Source: an uncultured Ruminococcus sp.
GTDB lineage: Bacteria > Bacillota > Clostridia > Oscillospirales > Ruminococcaceae
Assembly (NCBI GenBank): GCA_945877315.1
Contig: CAMCRP010000006.1
Coordinates: 2,617 to 66,616, forward strand
Length of the DNA: 64,000 nt
Reading direction: 5' to 3'
Under the pieces are notes generated by a model, which saw only the letters and a list, made by a program, of their open reading frames with translations, made no database searches and was not told the DNA's origin. The first letter of the stretch is position 1; each line of letters opens with the position of its first letter. The translations under genes were made by a program, and so were the position numbers. Positions 29,512-37,780 of this stretch are shown here, in pieces.

Positions 29512-30285
29512 TTATCTGTGCGATGACGAACGTCCGCCGCCGCCCGCACTGCCGCCGCCGGAGGTGCGGTGCGTTGATGAACCGCCGTCCGAGCTGCTTT
29601 CTATCTTGCGTCTTGTGTGAGTTTCACGCATGAAAACATCGGTCTTTCGATACATATTCACGCTGTTGCTGTCAAGATAAGCGTTTGCGCTGACCGTACC
29701 GTGGAATTTATAGGACGATGCAATACAGCCGCAGGTTATGGCAGCAATGACCAGACCGAATATAACTCCCATTACCAACGAGCCGATAAACATGGAATTG
29801 TCGGGACCCTCTTCGATAAACCGTTCCAAACTGTCAAGCCCCGTCAGAACGCACTTTGCTTCCTCATAATTGTCGTAATAGGGGAAACAGTCGTCCAGAA
29901 AGCTTTCAATTCTTGAATCGGTAATAAGCTCTATGGCTGAACCGTAGGTGCCGAGGTAAACGTCGGGCTGATTTGTGTCGGGATTATCCGAATTAAGCAC
30001 GATGCAAACGCCGCTTGCATTTACGCCGTTTGCGGCTTCGTAGCTGTCGTCCGCAAAACGAACCACCGATTTTCCCACATCACCCTCGGCGGTGAGAATA
30101 AGCACGTTCCAGCCGCCCTTTTCGGACACGGACTCTGCCTTCTCAATTATCTGAATTTCTTCTTCATCGGTGAAAAAATCCGCATTATCAACGACGGAAA
30201 CATTGTAAGCCGCCGCCGAAACAGTCATTGCCGCAGCAAGGAACATTCCCGAAATAAGGGAGAACGCTGTTTTCAAGATCTTCAT
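29512..30285 (-). CDS. TPM-domain (YgcG/YdjH-like) membrane protein with Gly-rich C-terminal tail
   Basis: Signal peptide, TPM-like domain (FFTDEEEIQIIEKAE...VLILTAEGDVG), C-terminal TM and GGSSTHRTSGGGSAGGGG tail. Overlaps the upstream gene by 4 bp. Confidence 0.6.
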   Translation of the reverse strand: MKILKTAFSLISGMFLAAAMTVSAAAYNVSVVDNADFFTDEEEIQIIEKAESVSEKGGWNVLILTAEGDVGKSVVRFADDSYEAANGVNASGVCIVLNSDNPDTNQPDVYLGTYGSAIELITDSRIESFLDDCFPYYDNYEEAKCVLTGLDSLERFIEEGPDNSMFIGSLVMGVIFGLVIAAITCGCIASSYKFHGTVSANAYLDSNSVNMYRKTDVFMRETHTRRKIESSSDGGSSTHRTSGGGSAGGGGRSSSHR

Positions 30286-31346
30286 AACAGCCCTCCTATC
30301 AGCAGCGAAATAAGCATAACAGCAGCGAAAATTCCCACACCGAATCCAAACAGCTTCGGCTTAGAAAGGGGCAGCTTACCCGCCATTTTGCCCGTCTGAC
30401 CGTTCATAACGAACTGATAGACCTTGCCGTTATACTTGTAATTCATAAACCAAACGGGCAGCAGCATATACTGCCAGTCGGTCTTGATGATGTTGACGGT
30501 TTTGGAGCGTTCGGTTACTGCCGAGTAGCCTGTGACACTATTTCTCAGTGTCGAAACTGCACCCTCCTCCAGACGCTTCTTTATCCTAGGGAGGACAGCC
30601 GCCTTGTCAACGTCATACTTATCCGCATAAAATCCCGAAAGATAGGACATGGAGAAATCCTTCAGCTCATTGTAATTAAACGGCTCAATGGCTTCCATAA
30701 GTTCGTCCTCGATCTTGGACGCACCATCGTTGGGAATGCCGTGATATTCCATATATGCCGCCCTTCTTACGTCGAAGATCTTTGTGTCGGTTACCTCGTA
30801 ATCGCCGCTGCGGTGGGTGTGGATAATTTGTCCCTCACCGTCAAAGGTGGCATTTACACGGCAGTCCGCCAGCCAGAAGGGGACATAAAGCCCCGTGATC
30901 TTTTCAAGCTGTGTTGCAGATGTGAAATCGCTGGGTGTGAACCATTTTTTTCCTGCCCAGTCCTTGAACGCCTTTTTCGCCTGTTCGTTGGTGAATTGGA
31001 AGGGAATGACCTTGTTGGGACGATATTCCGCAGAAAGCCGTCCCGCCAGCATAACGGGGCTGTGGCAGTAGCAGCAGAAGGTGGCGGCGGTGTTTTCATC
31101 GGAAACGATCTCCGCACCGCAGTTGGTACATTCGTAGAGATTGTTTCCCGAAGCGAATTCATCGTCAGCCGCCTGTGTTTGGGGGTCTGCCTTGTCAAGG
31201 GGGTGATTTTCGTTATCGGCGAAAACCGACTTTATCTCCTCCTCGGTGAATTTGGACATACACCATTCGCAGCCAAATTGCTGGGACTGGGGGTCAAACT
31301 CAAGGCTGCCGCCGCAGTTTGGACATTGATATTGTACCAGATCCAT
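30282..31346 (-). CDS. Double zinc-ribbon protein with C-terminal TM (YdjG-like)
   Basis: N-terminal CPNCG..CEWC and CTNCG..CCYCH zinc ribbons; a C-terminal hydrophobic segment. Confidence 0.55.
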   Translation of the reverse strand: MDLVQYQCPNCGGSLEFDPQSQQFGCEWCMSKFTEEEIKSVFADNENHPLDKADPQTQAADDEFASGNNLYECTNCGAEIVSDENTAATFCCYCHSPVMLAGRLSAEYRPNKVIPFQFTNEQAKKAFKDWAGKKWFTPSDFTSATQLEKITGLYVPFWLADCRVNATFDGEGQIIHTHRSGDYEVTDTKIFDVRRAAYMEYHGIPNDGASKIEDELMEAIEPFNYNELKDFSMSYLSGFYADKYDVDKAAVLPRIKKRLEEGAVSTLRNSVTGYSAVTERSKTVNIIKTDWQYMLLPVWFMNYKYNGKVYQFVMNGQTGKMAGKLPLSKPKLFGFGVGIFAAVMLISLLIGGLL

Positions 31347-31367
31347 ATTATAACCTCATTCCGATGA

Positions 31368-32633
31368 TTACGGTCTTGCAGCACCGCAGTTCTGACAGAA
31401 TTTGCCCTTGTTTTCCTGACCGCAGGAGCATTTCCACGCTGCATCGGGGTTCTTGCCGCCGCAGTTCTGACAGAAGTTTCCTGTATTTACCTGACCGCAG
31501 GAACAGGTCCAGCTGCCTGCGGGAGCGGGCTTCTTAGCACCGCAGTTTGCACAGAAATTGCCGTTGTTGCCCTTATGACCGCAGGAGCAATCCCAGCCGC
31601 CCGACTGTGCTGCCTGAGCCTGTGCAGCCTGCTGAGCCTGCATCTGAGCAGCGTTTGTCTGAGATGCGGCACTCATAAAACCGCCTGCACCCTGCATACC
31701 CATGCCCATTGCCATATACGCCTGACCTGCGCCCGCTGTGTTGGAGCCTGCAGCCTGCAAGCCCTGTGCAATGGAGGTCTGGACAAATCCCTCTCTTACG
31801 GTGGGATCGCTCATCATTGCGCCCTGATTGCGCATATTGATAAGCTTCTTGGATTCCTCGTCGTAGGTGATAGCTTCGATACCTACGGAGCATACCTCGA
31901 TACCTCTCAGACCCGTCCAGTCCTCGTCAAGGGTGGTAGCCATATACTTAGACAGCTCACGGCTCTTTGCGCCTATGTTAGAGATACGAACGCCGTCAAC
32001 AGACATCTGGCTGATAGCCGTTCTGAGAGCGTCCATAAACTCGGAATAGTACTGTGCGTTAATGTCCTTGATATCCACTCTTGAAGCGGAACGGGGGCAA
32101 GCCTCGGTGTAGAATTTCAGCGGGTCGGTGATCTTGATGGAATAAATTCCTCTTGCACGGAGGAAAAGCTCGGCGTTATAGAAATTGTCGAAATAGCCGA
32201 TAGGTGACTGTGTGCCGAACTTTATTCCCTTGATTTCCTGGAGATTTATGTAGAAAACCTGCTGCTTCTGGGACGGTGTGCCGCCAAACTTTATTCTGTT
32301 AAATGTGTCTGCAACAGCGTCGCCCAGCTGTCCGCTGAACATGGAGGGGGAGCTGCTGTTATTTACGGTATAATAGCCCTCCTGTGCGGAATAGTCAACG
32401 ATCTTTCCGCCGTCAACCAGCAGCATCATCATATTGGGTCCAACGTGAACGACTGAACCGTTTGAGATAATATTGCTGTTTCCCTTAACATTACCGTTTC
32501 TCTTATCCTTGCGAACGGGAACGCCGCTTACAAGGACGGTTGTATCACTCATTTCGTCAGGCTCAATGACCTCAAGCCACTGATCGGCAAGACCGCCGCC
32601 CACAGATGACATAATTGCCTTAACAATACCCAT
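31368..32633 (-). CDS. SPFH/band-7 family protein with three C-terminal zinc ribbons (COG4260 / YdjI-like)
   Basis: N-terminus MGIVKAIMSSVGGGLADQWLEVIE, characteristic of the SPFH family annotated as 'virion core protein-like'. C-terminal repeats CSCG..NFCANCG, CSCGQ..NFCQNCG and CSCGQ..KFCQNCG. Confidence 0.65.
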   Translation of the reverse strand: MGIVKAIMSSVGGGLADQWLEVIEPDEMSDTTVLVSGVPVRKDKRNGNVKGNSNIISNGSVVHVGPNMMMLLVDGGKIVDYSAQEGYYTVNNSSSPSMFSGQLGDAVADTFNRIKFGGTPSQKQQVFYINLQEIKGIKFGTQSPIGYFDNFYNAELFLRARGIYSIKITDPLKFYTEACPRSASRVDIKDINAQYYSEFMDALRTAISQMSVDGVRISNIGAKSRELSKYMATTLDEDWTGLRGIEVCSVGIEAITYDEESKKLINMRNQGAMMSDPTVREGFVQTSIAQGLQAAGSNTAGAGQAYMAMGMGMQGAGGFMSAASQTNAAQMQAQQAAQAQAAQSGGWDCSCGHKGNNGNFCANCGAKKPAPAGSWTCSCGQVNTGNFCQNCGGKNPDAAWKCSCGQENKGKFCQNCGAARP

Positions 32634-32836
32634 TATAAAAACCTCCGTTTGATTATTTAACGATTTGCCGAGGAATGTTCGGCTTACATAATCACATTAT
32701 AACATAGTTTTTCCAAAAATGCAATGATTTTCAAAAAATAATTTCACAATTGCCATACAAAAAAAGCTGCGCCCCGCACATAAGCACGGGACGCAGCCGA
32801 AAAGTCAATTATGTAACCAAAGCTATGGTTTACTTA

Positions 32837-33856
32837 TTAGCCTCTCTTCTTGGTGATTACAGCAGCAGCACCTGCAACAGCCATTACAGCAACGATAGTT
32901 GCAGCAGCGGTGTTACCTGTAGCAGGAACGGAAGTTGTTGTATCAGCAGCGGGAGCAGCTGTTGTTTCAACGGGAGCAGCCTCTGTTGCGGGAGCCTCGG
33001 TTTCAACGGGAGCAGCCTCGGTTTCAGCAGGAGCAGCCTCTGTTTCAGCGGGAGCAGCCTCGGTTTCAGCAGGAGCAGCTTCTGTTTCAGCGGGAGCAGC
33101 AGTTGTTTCCTCTACTGCAGCAGCTGTTGTTTCCTCAGCGGGAGCAGCTGTTTCTTCAACAGTTGTTTCCTCAGCAGCGGGAAGACCAACAGTGATAGTC
33201 TTGCTGCCGTCGGAGAATGTGATGTTATCAATGTAAATTACATATTCGCAGTCATTCTGGTTAGCCCATGTCATGAAGCCGAAGAAAGGATTAACGCTCT
33301 TTTCGGACCACTGCTGAGTGGGGAGAAGCATCTTTCTTGTGATGTGAGCCTTAGCAATACCGCCGTCTACATAGAGGTTTTCATCAGCGCAGTCCCAAGA
33401 ACCGTCAGACCAAGAGGGGTTCTTCTGTCCCTTACCGGGGAGATTAACATCGAAGCCGCCGGCAACGCCTACAGCACCGCCCATCCAGCCGAGCTGCTTG
33501 GTGGAATCCTTAGGAACGAAGGTTACGTCAAAGTCGATCTGCTTAACCTTGATAGAAGACTCTCTGGGCATGATGGAGTCCATATCGAACCAAACCTTAG
33601 GAACGTTGCCGCACTTCTGAACGTCAACCTTCAGCTGCTTAGAACCCTCATAATCCTCAACGGAGAGCTTGGAATCATCGGATCCGCCGGAATCCTTACC
33701 GGGGTCATCGTTGTTGATGTAAACGAAAGAAAAGTCGCCATCTTCGAAATCGATCTTGTCAGCACCGAGTGTGATAGCGGAAGCGCTGAATGCGCAGGAC
33801 ATAGAAGCTGCAAGAGCAGCAGCGGAAACGCCCGCAAGAATCTTTTTGAGTTTCAT
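32837..33856 (-). CDS. Secreted surface protein with PAETEA repeat linker and sortase-like C-terminal sorting signal (VPATGN + TM + KKRG)
   Basis: Signal peptide MKLKKILAGVSAAALAASMSCAFSASA (RBS GGAGGAG). Unique ~200-aa domain. (AAPAETE)n repeats. C-terminus VPATGNTAAATIVAVMAVAGAAAVITKKRG. Confidence 0.7.
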   Translation of the reverse strand: MKLKKILAGVSAAALAASMSCAFSASAITLGADKIDFEDGDFSFVYINNDDPGKDSGGSDDSKLSVEDYEGSKQLKVDVQKCGNVPKVWFDMDSIMPRESSIKVKQIDFDVTFVPKDSTKQLGWMGGAVGVAGGFDVNLPGKGQKNPSWSDGSWDCADENLYVDGGIAKAHITRKMLLPTQQWSEKSVNPFFGFMTWANQNDCEYVIYIDNITFSDGSKTITVGLPAAEETTVEETAAPAEETTAAAVEETTAAPAETEAAPAETEAAPAETEAAPAETEAAPVETEAPATEAAPVETTAAPAADTTTSVPATGNTAAATIVAVMAVAGAAAVITKKRG

Positions 33857-34063
33857 TTTTATCTCCTCCATAATTTTCGGCATATAGCCGCATTTTTAGT
33901 ATGAAAACATTATACCATATTGTAATTAAAAACACAACATCAATTTTAGATAATATTTCGCCCGATTTTTAAACATTTCGCATAAAAATCACAAGAAAAA
34001 CGCCCCCGAATCACTTCGGGGGCGCAATTTCCGTAAACGTAAACCCGTTTATGTAACGGCGAA

Positions 34064-34864
34064 TTACTTTCTCTTCTTGGAGATAAGTGCAGCAGCACCT
34101 GCAACAGCCATAACTGTTACGATAGCAGCAGCTGTTGTATTGCCGGTAGCGGGAGCAGCTGTTGTTGTATCAGCAGCAGGAGCTTCTGTTACAGCGGGAG
34201 CAGCCTCTGTTTCAGCGGGAGCAGCTTCTGTTTCAGCAGGAGCAGCCTCTGTTTCAGCAGGAGCAGCTTCTGTTTCAGCGGGAGCCTCAGCAGCACCTGT
34301 AGCTTCTTCGTAGGACTTGCCTTCCATGATGTAAGCGGACTGCTCTTCGTCTACACGTCTGATAGCACCCTGTGTACCGTCAGCAGCAGACAGCTCAGCG
34401 GACTTGATGATAACGTCCTTAGTCTGGAATGCGAGGCAAGCACTTCCGTCCTCTTCGCCTGTTGCAGCGTCAACATAGCCCTTGAAGGTTGTCCATACGG
34501 ACTCGGGAACTACGAACTCGAGAGAAGTCTGACCCTCAGCAAATACGAAGAAACCGTCGTTCTTAGCGATAGCTGTGTCACTCAGGAGAGAATCGGTGAT
34601 AGCGTCCCAGGAAACACACATATTCATGGGCTTAGCCAGATAGTTGGGAGCACCAATGGGGGGCTTCTTTGTTTCTACGGTGAGAACGACCTTAACGTCG
34701 CCGCCGATAGCTTCAAATTCAGCCTTGGGGATAGGAGCGGAAGCGCCCCAGTCACCGGCGTAATCGGTGTTCATCTGAACGGTTGCTGCGAAAGCAGACA
34801 CTGCCATCATTGTTGCGGAAGCTGCTGCAGCAACTACTGCTGCGAAAATCTTTTTGAGTTTCAT
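34064..34864 (-). CDS. Secreted surface protein, PAETEA repeats, APATGN sorting-signal-like C-terminus
   Basis: Signal peptide MKLKKIFAAVVAAAASATMMAVSAFA. Unique domain. (EAAPAET)4. C-terminus AAPATGNTTAAAIVTVMAVAGAAALISKKRK. Own terminator at 33999..34030. Confidence 0.7.
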   Translation of the reverse strand: MKLKKIFAAVVAAAASATMMAVSAFAATVQMNTDYAGDWGASAPIPKAEFEAIGGDVKVVLTVETKKPPIGAPNYLAKPMNMCVSWDAITDSLLSDTAIAKNDGFFVFAEGQTSLEFVVPESVWTTFKGYVDAATGEEDGSACLAFQTKDVIIKSAELSAADGTQGAIRRVDEEQSAYIMEGKSYEEATGAAEAPAETEAAPAETEAAPAETEAAPAETEAAPAVTEAPAADTTTAAPATGNTTAAAIVTVMAVAGAAALISKKRK

Positions 34865-35058
34865 TTTAAATATCCTCCATTCTGCGGTTTTTACCGCTTG
34901 TTGATAGTATTATATCACATTTATGTGTATTTGTACAAGTGAAATTTTGCACAAATAATATCCCAAACATTTAGCATTTTTTTATAAATAAAACGCTCCC
35001 CGACCTAAATCGGGGAGCGAAAGCTTTCATTTAAGCTGATTTTCGGGTATTCCGAAAA

Positions 35059-35823
35059 TTACTTTCTCTTCTTGGAGATAACAGCAGCAGTACCTGCAAC
35101 AGCCATTACAGCAACGATAGCAGCAGCAGAAGCGTTGCCTGTTGCGGGAGCGGTTGTTTCGGTAGTATCAGCGGGAGCAGCCTCTGTTTCTGCGGGAGCA
35201 GCTGTTTCCTCGGGAGCAGCCTCTGTTTCAGCGGGAGCAGCAGCCATACCGGAAACTGTGAACTCAACCTCAACGGAAGATGTAGGCATTGTGTAGCCGA
35301 ACAGACCATCAGCCTTGCCCAGATCATCATTCCAGATGTTGATAGCCATAGGCTCCAGATACTCAGCAGCATCGGGGCTCAGGTAAGCTTCATCAAAGGT
35401 GTACTTTGTGGAGCCGTCGATCTTTACCTTAACATCGGAAATAGTGATGCCTGCATCAAGAGGAATATCGGTGGAAACGAACAGGAGGTTCAGAGCTTCA
35501 TCGGAACCAAAATTGAAATCACCTGTAAGGCTTACGGAATATGTACCGTCACCTGTGATCTCAGCGTCTGTAAATGTACCGCCGTTGTTTGTAGCTGTAG
35601 GTCCGTCCCAGCCTGTCAGGTGGTCAAAGTAGTTTGTGCCGTCCTCAGCAGCAACGCCCTGACCGTAGTTAGGTTCGTACCAAGCGTTTCTGAATGTGAA
35701 GCTTGCGGACTGGATACCAAGATAAGCGTGATATGTGCCCTCTGCGGAAGCGGGCATTGCAGCCATCATAGATACAGCCATTGCGCCTGCAGCAGCAGCT
35801 GCGAGAATCTTAGACATTTTCAT
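35059..35823 (-). CDS. Secreted surface protein, PAETEA repeats, APATGN sorting-signal-like C-terminus
   Basis: Signal peptide MKMSKILAAAAAGAMAVSMMAAMPASA. C-terminus TAPATGNASAAAIVAVMAVAGTAAVISKKRK. Terminator at 34990..35020. Confidence 0.7.
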   Translation of the reverse strand: MKMSKILAAAAAGAMAVSMMAAMPASAEGTYHAYLGIQSASFTFRNAWYEPNYGQGVAAEDGTNYFDHLTGWDGPTATNNGGTFTDAEITGDGTYSVSLTGDFNFGSDEALNLLFVSTDIPLDAGITISDVKVKIDGSTKYTFDEAYLSPDAAEYLEPMAINIWNDDLGKADGLFGYTMPTSSVEVEFTVSGMAAAPAETEAAPEETAAPAETEAAPADTTETTAPATGNASAAAIVAVMAVAGTAAVISKKRK

Positions 35824-36031
35824 AGCAATTTCTCCTTTTTGGGTATTTGATAATACCTATTTTTATGAATATTATATCATTATACGGCAATATTTTCAAG
35901 GTACACTTCCTACAATTTTGAAGCCCAAAAATCAGGATAATGCACAAATCCGATAAAAAGCCGTACCTTATAAAAGCAGCCGCCGAACATTTCGTCACGG
36001 CAGCCGCTTCATTTCGGAGCTTATCCGAAAA

Positions 36032-36694
36032 TTAACCTCTCTTCTTGGAGATAACAGCAGCAGCACCTGCAACTGCCATTACAGCAACGATAGCAGCAGC
36101 GGAAGCGTTGCCTGTTGCGGGAGCGGTTGTTTCGGAAGTATCAGCGGGAGCAGCCTCTGTTTCTGCGGGAGCAGCCTCTGTTTCAGCAGGAGCAGCCTCT
36201 GTTTCAGCGGGAGCAGCAGCCTCAAGACCGGAAACTGTGAATGTTACGGACAGGGACTCAGCAACAGCTGTAGCCTGGTTTACACCGGGATCGTCCTTTG
36301 TATCGGAATACATATTGTAAATATCAATTCTGAAGTTGCCCTTTTCCTCAATGTCGCCGTAGAGGATCTTGTCAGCGGAAACGCTGATCTCGGAGCCGTC
36401 AACTTCGATCTTGTCGAGAGTTGCAACAGCGTCGGGATAGTTAGCGAACATCTGGTCAAAGTCGATTACGAATACACCGAAATCTGCAGCACCTGCAACT
36501 ACGTCAGATGTGAGAGTGTATGTACCGTCGCCTGTTACCTCAACGGAGGTTTCCCAGTCCTGGTGCTCCCATGTGCTGTCGGTAAAGCCGAGCTTTGCAA
36601 CAACGGGTGTATCCAGAGCAAAAGCGGAAACTGCCATGCCGGAAACTGCAACTGCGCCGCTTACGAGAGCAGCAATAGCCTTATTCATCTTCAT
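36032..36694 (-). CDS. Secreted surface protein, PAETEA repeats, APATGN sorting-signal-like C-terminus
   Basis: Signal peptide MKMNKAIAALVSGAVAVSGMAVSAFA. (APAETEA)4. C-terminus TAPATGNASAAAIVAVMAVAGAAAVISKKRG. Confidence 0.7.
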   Translation of the reverse strand: MKMNKAIAALVSGAVAVSGMAVSAFALDTPVVAKLGFTDSTWEHQDWETSVEVTGDGTYTLTSDVVAGAADFGVFVIDFDQMFANYPDAVATLDKIEVDGSEISVSADKILYGDIEEKGNFRIDIYNMYSDTKDDPGVNQATAVAESLSVTFTVSGLEAAAPAETEAAPAETEAAPAETEAAPADTSETTAPATGNASAAAIVAVMAVAGAAAVISKKRG

Positions 36695-36863
36695 AATAAT
36701 GACTTCCTTTCATATTGCGCCGTAAGACGGCAATTTATTGTATGTAATCGGTTACCCGATAACTAACATAATTATACCCTATTTAACCAAATAAATCTAT
36801 ATTCATTTTGCATTAATCTGAGCAGAAAATATTGTGCATTTTTGCAATATGATACAAAACGAC

Positions 36864-37040
36864 TCAGCGATTTTTCTTTTTCAGGATTATGGTCGCAGCC
36901 GCCAGAACTGCGGGAACTATGTAGCTTGCGGGCCCCGTATTTCCCGTATCGGGGGAAACCGATACCGCAGCGGACGCATTCACGGTAAATGCTCCCAGTG
37001 CCGCAGCTGCCGTATATGCCGCAGTGATCACCTTTTTCAT
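36864..37040 (-). CDS. 57-aa mini-ORF: signal peptide fused directly to a sorting-signal-like C-terminus (SPDTGN + TM + KKKNR)
   Basis: Not in the ORF track because it is under 60 aa. I translated it by hand: MKKVITAAYTAAAALGAFTVNASAAVSVSPDTGNTGPASYIVPAVLAAATIILKKKNR. Strong RBS GGAGGA 7 nt upstream of the ATG. The overlapping 100-aa ORF-track frame was rejected. Confidence 0.5.
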   Translation of the reverse strand: MKKVITAAYTAAAALGAFTVNASAAVSVSPDTGNTGPASYIVPAVLAAATIILKKKNR

Positions 37041-37121
37041 AGAATGTCCTCCGAACAGAAAACCGCCCCCGCACTAAGCAGCGCAGGGGACGGCAAAGTT
37101 ATCTTTTGTTAAGCTAAAAAA

Positions 37122-37427
37122 TTACTTGTTAGCCTTCTTAGCAACAACAGCAGCTGCAGCCAGAGCAACGGGGATAACAGCCAGAGCAACGGGAGCGTTG
37201 CCTGTTGTAGGGTTGGTAACGGGAGCGGGAGCTGCCTCTGTTGTAGCCTCGGTAACAGCCTCTGTTACGGGAACCTCTGTGATAACCTCTGCAGCAGTTG
37301 TTTCTACGGGAGTATCGTCGATAACTGTGGAATCGTCATCTGCACCCTGAGCGGAAGCAGAGAAAGCCATCATAGAAAGAGCGGTTACGGATGCTGCGCA
37401 AGCAGTAAGAATCTTCTTCATTTTCAT
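37122..37427 (-). CDS. Small secreted Thr/Glu/Val-rich protein with NPTTGN sorting-signal-like C-terminus
   Basis: Start at MKMKKIL (RBS GGAGGA). Signal peptide. ETTAAEVITEVPVTEAVTEATTEAAPAPVTNPTTGNAPVALAVIPVALAAAAVVAKKANK. Confidence 0.65.
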   Translation of the reverse strand: MKMKKILTACAASVTALSMMAFSASAQGADDDSTVIDDTPVETTAAEVITEVPVTEAVTEATTEAAPAPVTNPTTGNAPVALAVIPVALAAAAVVAKKANK

Positions 37428-37637
37428 TGTTATTTCCTCCATTTGTTTTTTGGTTTATAATAGCAATAGCGGATTATTGGCTATTTAACTATGTTATCAT
37501 TATAACACAACAATCGCTTTTAATGCAACCGTTCAAATAGACAATTTTAGAGAATTTACCGTGCTGATTTTAACGTATTTGTCAAATTTGCAATTTTTTT
37601 CAGCCAATTCTGAAAATTTGGTTACAATTTCGTATCA

Positions 37638-37720
37638 AAGTGAAAAGTGGAAAGTGGAATTTTGGGGCGGCAAATCCATAACTTCACTTTTCACTTTCCA
37701 CTTTTCACATTAATTTCAGG
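37638..37720. repeat. Inverted pair of GTGAAAAGTGGAAAGTGG repeats
   Basis: AGTGAAAAGTGGAAAGTGGAATTTTGGGGCGGCAAATCCATAACTTCACTTTTCACTTTCCACTTTTCACAT. Confidence 0.7.
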
Positions 37721-37780
37721 TGTTGCATTTTTCGATTATTTGTGATATAATGATTAAAAATATTTTCGGGAGATGATAAT

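Noticed and set aside
32850-33236. Plus-strand and alternate-frame ORFs inside the PAETEA-repeat genes (e.g. 32850-33236, 32935-33195, 34077-34313, 35072-35296, 36045-36320, 37126-37350)
   Set aside because: They are low-complexity Ala/Ser/Val or Gln/Arg translations of the antisense or shifted repeat DNA. The minus-strand genes have signal peptides, RBSs and terminators, which explain the region.
36772-37074. 100-aa minus-strand ORF from the track
   Set aside because: It has no RBS and an implausible Cys/Arg-rich composition. The +1 frame gives a 57-aa ORF with a strong RBS, a signal peptide and the family's sorting-signal tail.
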